Shown in pieces: positions 59,457-64,000 of a DNA stretch of 64,000 bases (position 1 is its first letter; each line of letters starts with the position of its first letter). The stretch is from positions 480,001 through 544,000 of the forward strand of contig JBPOGI010000003.1 of assembly GCA_051251855.1 (NCBI GenBank), written 5' to 3'. The notes beneath the pieces were generated by a model that did no database searches, was not told the DNA's origin, and saw only the letters and a program-made list of their open reading frames with translations. The translations under genes were made by a program, and so were the position numbers. The DNA is from Roseibacillus sp. (lineage in GTDB: Bacteria; Verrucomicrobiota; Verrucomicrobiia; Verrucomicrobiales; Akkermansiaceae).

Positions 59457-61736
59457 CTACTTGAGAATGGCGGTGCTGGGGGAGGTCATCGTGAGGTAGT
59501 GGGCGGTGTGATAGCGGTAGCTGAGATAGAGGCTAGAATAGATGGAGACGGCTGGGGCAATGGCACTTCTTCCCTCAGCGCTCAGGCGACCGTTGGCATA
59601 AAGGAGATTGGTCTCGTCTAACAGGAGTTCGGTGTCGAGACCATCGTTAGAAGAGTCGGTATAGAGAGGACGGAATTCTGGGGTGCCACCGGATGTTCTT
59701 TCGTGAAGCCCAAACCCGTAATATCGCCAAAAGAGGTTGAGAGAAGTTGTGGCGGTGTAGGAGTTGAGAATTTGGAAAACGGGGCTGACCATTCCTTCTC
59801 CTCTCACTTCTCCGGGCTTCGAGTATCCGGGTTGGAAGTAGTTGAAAACGGAGGGAGGCTCGAGAGGGAATTGTAAAAGCTCGGTGGCGGCATCGGAGTC
59901 CTGCCAGTATTGAATTCCGGTCTCGTCGTGGAGGGCTGGGTTGGCGGCTCCAGCGGCGGAGGCTCTCACGAGCATGGTCATCCGAATCATGGGCTCGCGG
60001 AGGCGCCCTACTTCAGGATTGGAAAGATCGGGGAGGGGGTTGCGAGCCTCGGGATCGAGAAGAATGGCCTTCACGACGGCTCCCAGATTTCCTCGGTTCC
60101 CGTTACCATCGTTCACGAAGACATGGGCAATGCGTTCGACGAAAGAAGGGGAGGGATTGGAGGTGATGAGGAACTGAATGAGTTGCTTCGAGATGAAGGG
60201 GGCGCAGTTGGGGTGCTCGACGAGCATTTTACAGGTATCGCGAATGTCGTCATAGCCTGTGCGTCCTGCATCGCTTTCGTGGGAAGGTAGAACAACCCCG
60301 TTGAGGAGAGTCTTTTCCCCGGTATCATGGCGATCGGCAAACATGGCGAGAGGGGCTTCAGCCATGTGATTCTGAGTGGCGCTGTTAGGAGGATTGGCAC
60401 CCCAGTTCGCGTTTTGATACCAAAGACCTGTGAAGACGCGGGCCATTTCCTGAATGTCATCAATATCATAGGTGGGAATCGGTTCTCCAGCGGAGTCGAG
60501 CTTGAGGGTTCCGTCCATATTGAGCTCGTTGAGACCAATGGAAAAAAGTTGCATGATTTCCCGAGCATAGTTTTCGTCAGGAAATCGGTTGATGGAGGCG
60601 TCAGCTTTTTCGTTTCCGAGGCTACTCAGCCACCAGCCCATCATAGGGTGGACGCTTGCTTCATAAAGAAGGTCTTCAAAGTCACCGAACGAATGTTCGA
60701 TGAGGAGGTCGTAGTAGTCGGTGCTTCCGAGAGCGAATCCGGCGCAGCGTCTTCCTACCACGAGAATTTCGCTCAGAGCGTAAGCGGTTCTCTGTCGGAG
60801 TTGATCGGGAGCGAAACAGGCAGTTCGTACCCAGGGCGTTGAGATGTTTCGATTTTGAATCCGGCGTTCTTCGAGTTCCGTTGAGACTGTCGGCCAAGGA
60901 GTGAGAGTTCCGTTGTCGAGATAGGCTTGATAGTCGGTGCTACGGCGTGCGTAAAGGAAGTCAATGTAAGGGCTGAGATAGCTCTCAGGAATAACCATTT
61001 GTGCGTCGATCCATTTCTCGTAAGCGTTGTCTCCTAGGGCCTGAAGGCTGGCGATGTCGGCTAGAGAAGGTCCAAAAGTTGCTTGGGCGAGAAAGCGAGA
61101 TGCGGTCTCGGGGGAGGGGGTTCCAGCAACGCTGGTTCCAAAGAGACCTCCTTTAGGGTTTCCTCCCGAGAGGAGATTGGTCATTTGTTGAAGATCGCCC
61201 CCATTGGCAGCAGTGCGCACACTGGCTGCGCTGTTTGGATCAAATCCAACGAGGGTTTCTGCCCAATCGGGGACTTGGTCTCCGTCGGAGTCGGTGGCTG
61301 TGGTGGTGCTCACTCGGAAGAAATCAAAACCGCTTCCGGGAAGGCTTGCTTTACTAACGACGAGACTTCTAACAGTCCCGTCTCCGGTGACGGGGCCACC
61401 GGTGTTGGTCCAAGTGGTGCCATCGGAAGAGTATTCGACTTGGTAGCCAAGGCCTGCCTTTGAAGGCCATCGCACTGTGAAGGAGGTCTCATCCTCGATC
61501 AAAGGCAGACAGCGTAGGCAGTCGGTGGGGCTTTCGGGATCAGTCAGGGAGGCCGCTTCTTCGGCGTTGGAGAAACCGTCTCCATCGCTGTCAGAGCTCA
61601 AGGGTACTTCTAAAATTGAAGGGTAGAGCGCTTCGTAGAGGTCGTCGACTCCATTGCTATTCAAGTCAAGTCCTTGAAGGGGGCTGACTTGCGCTAGGAG
61701 TAAAAAAGCAGGGGGGATGATAAAAGCCTTCTTCAC
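59457..61736 (-). CDS. DUF1800 family protein with N-terminal DxDGDG/beta-sandwich extension
   Basis: ASRFLAQATFGP, DQLRQR, PDENYAREIMQLFSIGL, LREP, PPSVFNYF. Confidence 0.9.
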   Translation of the reverse strand: MKKAFIIPPAFLLLAQVSPLQGLDLNSNGVDDLYEALYPSILEVPLSSDSDGDGFSNAEEAASLTDPESPTDCLRCLPLIEDETSFTVRWPSKAGLGYQVEYSSDGTTWTNTGGPVTGDGTVRSLVVSKASLPGSGFDFFRVSTTTATDSDGDQVPDWAETLVGFDPNSAASVRTAANGGDLQQMTNLLSGGNPKGGLFGTSVAGTPSPETASRFLAQATFGPSLADIASLQALGDNAYEKWIDAQMVIPESYLSPYIDFLYARRSTDYQAYLDNGTLTPWPTVSTELEERRIQNRNISTPWVRTACFAPDQLRQRTAYALSEILVVGRRCAGFALGSTDYYDLLIEHSFGDFEDLLYEASVHPMMGWWLSSLGNEKADASINRFPDENYAREIMQLFSIGLNELNMDGTLKLDSAGEPIPTYDIDDIQEMARVFTGLWYQNANWGANPPNSATQNHMAEAPLAMFADRHDTGEKTLLNGVVLPSHESDAGRTGYDDIRDTCKMLVEHPNCAPFISKQLIQFLITSNPSPSFVERIAHVFVNDGNGNRGNLGAVVKAILLDPEARNPLPDLSNPEVGRLREPMIRMTMLVRASAAGAANPALHDETGIQYWQDSDAATELLQFPLEPPSVFNYFQPGYSKPGEVRGEGMVSPVFQILNSYTATTSLNLFWRYYGFGLHERTSGGTPEFRPLYTDSSNDGLDTELLLDETNLLYANGRLSAEGRSAIAPAVSIYSSLYLSYRYHTAHYLTMTSPSTAILK

Positions 61737-61848
61737 TAACTCTATTTGAGATTAATATGTATTAATTGTCAATTCTGTTGAAGTGATTCTTCGATCCGTA
61801 CTGACGGCAAGGAGATTGAGGGCAGTTTGCGAATCGGCACTACGGCTC

Positions 61849-62454
61849 TTATAAACCCTGCTCAGGACTTGTAAGGGGCTGGGCATCTTCACTTTCGACT
61901 AGGTCGTCTTCAGTCCACATCTGCCGATCGGGTCCGGCGGAGCGAACTCCCACGCGATTGATATCAATGGCATGAAAGTAGAGAGGACTTTCCCAGCGGT
62001 CTAGGAACTCTCCCTGCTCGCTGATCCAGGGTGAATCCGGTGAGAGGAAGCGAATCAGAAAAGGGTTTTTCCCTAGAAGGGCTGCGGTGGTCTCGCGATT
62101 TTCTCCTACAGGCAAGGGGTCGGGAGATTTGACGAGGAGAAAGTAGTTATCGAAGACTCCTGCAATTTCCACCAAGTCTTGTTGAGGGCTCGTGTCTTCG
62201 CTCCCGTATTGTTTCAAGTAGTTGCTTGAAAGGTCGTCAATTTCCGATTCGGTGGGAACTTCAGACACGGTTGTGGAGGTCTTTGAGTCTTGGGTGACTT
62301 CAGTTACTTCTTGGGCTGTTTCGGGGGCGCTGCCTGGCAATGTCGACTCCGTATTTTGCGGCTCGATGGACTCGCTGGTCATGGTAGCCCGCCAGATGAG
62401 AGCAATGAGAAGAGCGAGAATGACGGCAACTGCAATGGATAGCTTGGCCTTCAA
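61849..62454 (-). CDS. Membrane-anchored protein with GspG-like C-terminus
   Basis: N-terminal TM; LDRWESPLYF..RSAGPDRQMWTEDDL; no prepilin cleavage motif. Confidence 0.6.
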   Translation of the reverse strand: MKAKLSIAVAVILALLIALIWRATMTSESIEPQNTESTLPGSAPETAQEVTEVTQDSKTSTTVSEVPTESEIDDLSSNYLKQYGSEDTSPQQDLVEIAGVFDNYFLLVKSPDPLPVGENRETTAALLGKNPFLIRFLSPDSPWISEQGEFLDRWESPLYFHAIDINRVGVRSAGPDRQMWTEDDLVESEDAQPLTSPEQGL

Positions 62455-63044
62455 AATCGCCTCCGGTTTCGAGTAAAGAGCATCCCACTAGAAATGATAG
62501 CTAGAAGGGTGAATGCCGAGGGTTCGGGGACCGCTTGTGCTTCGAAATCAAGAATATAGTTCGAAGCAGCGCCAGTCTCGTTGAGCCATCCGGCGTAGTT
62601 GCCTTCTTGGAGGGTTGAGACTCCGAAAAAGGGAGGAAGGCCGGTGAGGCCTGGCAAGGTGATGACGGGCAGGATGTTGCCGCCACTCGTGACGGAGCCT
62701 TCAGAAATGCCCGTATATCCAATAGCGTCAGAGAAGGAATTCGACGGGGGAGAAGAAAGTTGATCGCCTGGCATCATGAGGAGGTAGCTGGCATCCTTTC
62801 CGCCGCTGAAGGAAAGAACCCGAATCCCTGTAATTTCCAATCCGGCAGGAACCACGAGGCGGAACATGTCTAGATCAGAAGTGTTCCCTAGAAGAGTGCC
62901 TTCCAAGACGTTGGAGCCGTCACCGATCACCAATACGGTCGGTTTGAGATAATCGTCGGAAAGATCGCCTGAGGTGGCTTCGCTGTAGTTGAAGCCTTGG
63001 GCTAACAACCCTCCCGAGGAGAGGGCGAAGAAGATCAATTTCAT
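62451..63044 (-). CDS. PEP-CTERM protein (PPC-like beta domain)
   Basis: YSEATSGDLS, DLDMFRLVVPAG; VPEPSAFTLL..RNRRRF. Confidence 0.88.
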   Translation of the reverse strand: MKLIFFALSSGGLLAQGFNYSEATSGDLSDDYLKPTVLVIGDGSNVLEGTLLGNTSDLDMFRLVVPAGLEITGIRVLSFSGGKDASYLLMMPGDQLSSPPSNSFSDAIGYTGISEGSVTSGGNILPVITLPGLTGLPPFFGVSTLQEGNYAGWLNETGAASNYILDFEAQAVPEPSAFTLLAIISSGMLFTRNRRRF

Positions 63045-63187
63045 GGCCCCAAAATAGTTTGGGAAAGCTGGAAGTATAGGGCTGAGAATGTCAGGATGTC
63101 TTAGTGTCAGTATCCGATTGGTATTCCTTAGAATGCGGATTGTCAGATTGACTTTATTTTCTGAAGTTTCAAATCTGTTGGTGCGCT

Positions 63188-63838
63188 ATGAATCTCCCCC
63201 CTTCCTTCCCTCTGTGCTCAATCTGTCTATTGAGCTGGAGTCTACATTTGCCGGCTCAAACGGTGACGGTGAGTGGGGTTGATAAGGTGACAGGTCAATT
63301 TTTGAATTCCGGAGGGGCAGGGCTTCAAATGGGTTCTGTGGTGAGGGTCGGTAGTTTTAACCTCTCAGGAGGAGGTCAATCAGTGCTTCAGTTTTCAAAT
63401 GACTTCAGCGAAATTGACGCTTTGTTTACTCCTTTGGCTGAAGGGATTCTGAACGCGGGGACGGTAAATCAATCGCCGACTTCTGGAGACCAATTGGTCA
63501 TTAACGATTTTTCAAATCCTGGCGATATCTTTGGTAATATTACCGATACCGATGGCAGTTATTTGGCGGCTGGGAGCGCTCTTTTCCTCTGGGTATTCAA
63601 TAGTGAAATCATGGGCGATGCTACTGAGTGGGCAATTGTAGGTTCGACAGATAGTTCTTGGATGATGCCGGAAGAGGAGGGGTCGACGACGTTGACGCCG
63701 CAAGATGTTGATACGATTTTGCGAGGTAGTGGAGCTGGACCTAATATCCTATTGGAGACTTATGCGGTTCCGGAACCCAGTGTAGTTCTACTGGGTTGTT
63801 TGAGCGCGAGTGTGCTCCTTGGACGCCGGAGAACGTAG
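63188..63838 (+). CDS. PEP-CTERM protein
   Basis: Signal peptide; VPEPSVVLLGCLSASVLLGRRRT. Confidence 0.9.
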   Translation: MNLPPSFPLCSICLLSWSLHLPAQTVTVSGVDKVTGQFLNSGGAGLQMGSVVRVGSFNLSGGGQSVLQFSNDFSEIDALFTPLAEGILNAGTVNQSPTSGDQLVINDFSNPGDIFGNITDTDGSYLAAGSALFLWVFNSEIMGDATEWAIVGSTDSSWMMPEEEGSTTLTPQDVDTILRGSGAGPNILLETYAVPEPSVVLLGCLSASVLLGRRRT

Positions 63839-64000
63839 TTACTCAACCTTCTCGAAGTAAAGGATGGCGGTCTTGCCGTAGTTCTTGCGCTTGATGAGTT
63901 TAAGGCCCTCAAGTTCTTCCGGGCTCGTTCGTTCGGACTCGACTTCGAGCATCAGAATTCCTCCGGGAGCTAATGGAAGTGGCGCGAGGAGGAGGGGGCC
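63839..64000 (-). CDS. rsmD: 3' end of an RsmD-like 16S rRNA methyltransferase (5' end outside the window)
   Basis: Manual translation ..LAPGGILMLE..KRKNYGKTAILYFEKVE* matches the RsmD C-terminal pattern. Confidence 0.65.
   Translation of the reverse strand, partial: GPLLLAPLPLAPGGILMLEVESERTSPEELEGLKLIKRKNYGKTAILYFEKVE

Overview
Bacterial chromosomal window, inferred to be Verrucomicrobiota (PVC superphylum) from six PEP-CTERM proteins, two PVC-type heme/dehydrogenase proteins, a TIGR02597-like gene and a DUF1800/DUF1501 pair. The housekeeping backbone is HU, mlaE, msrB, atpBEFHAGDC, ispE, rpe, lipA, mutS, ispA, rnpA, rpmH, HPr and partial rsmD. Three accessory blocks interrupt it: (i) 15.3-25.4 kb, an asnB/SAF-oxidoreductase/FAD-oxidoreductase/rfbC operon divergent from three PEP-CTERM genes and a TMTC-like glycosyltransferase; (ii) 31.3-37.4 kb, an ankyrin-TPR/histidine kinase/response regulator unit; (iii) 54.5-63.8 kb, a surface-protein island. 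The main hunt result is a GxxExxY (PD-(D/E)XK-like) gene inside the rnpA-ispA-mutS run, enclosed by ~53-bp inverted repeats with a perfect 25-bp core. The same repeat occurs twice more as ~80-bp solo direct copies bracketing the kinase and ankyrin genes, which suggests a small nuclease-plus-repeat mobile or RNA-level element. Also found: REP/REPIN-like doublets, a perfect Rex/CRP-type palindrome before the atp operon, a candidate switchable structured leader, a candidate ~195-nt rod-shaped ncRNA, and paralogous passenger domains with swapped C-terminal sorting signals. No rRNA, tRNA or CRISPR array was seen. All calls come from manual motif reading; no database searches were run.
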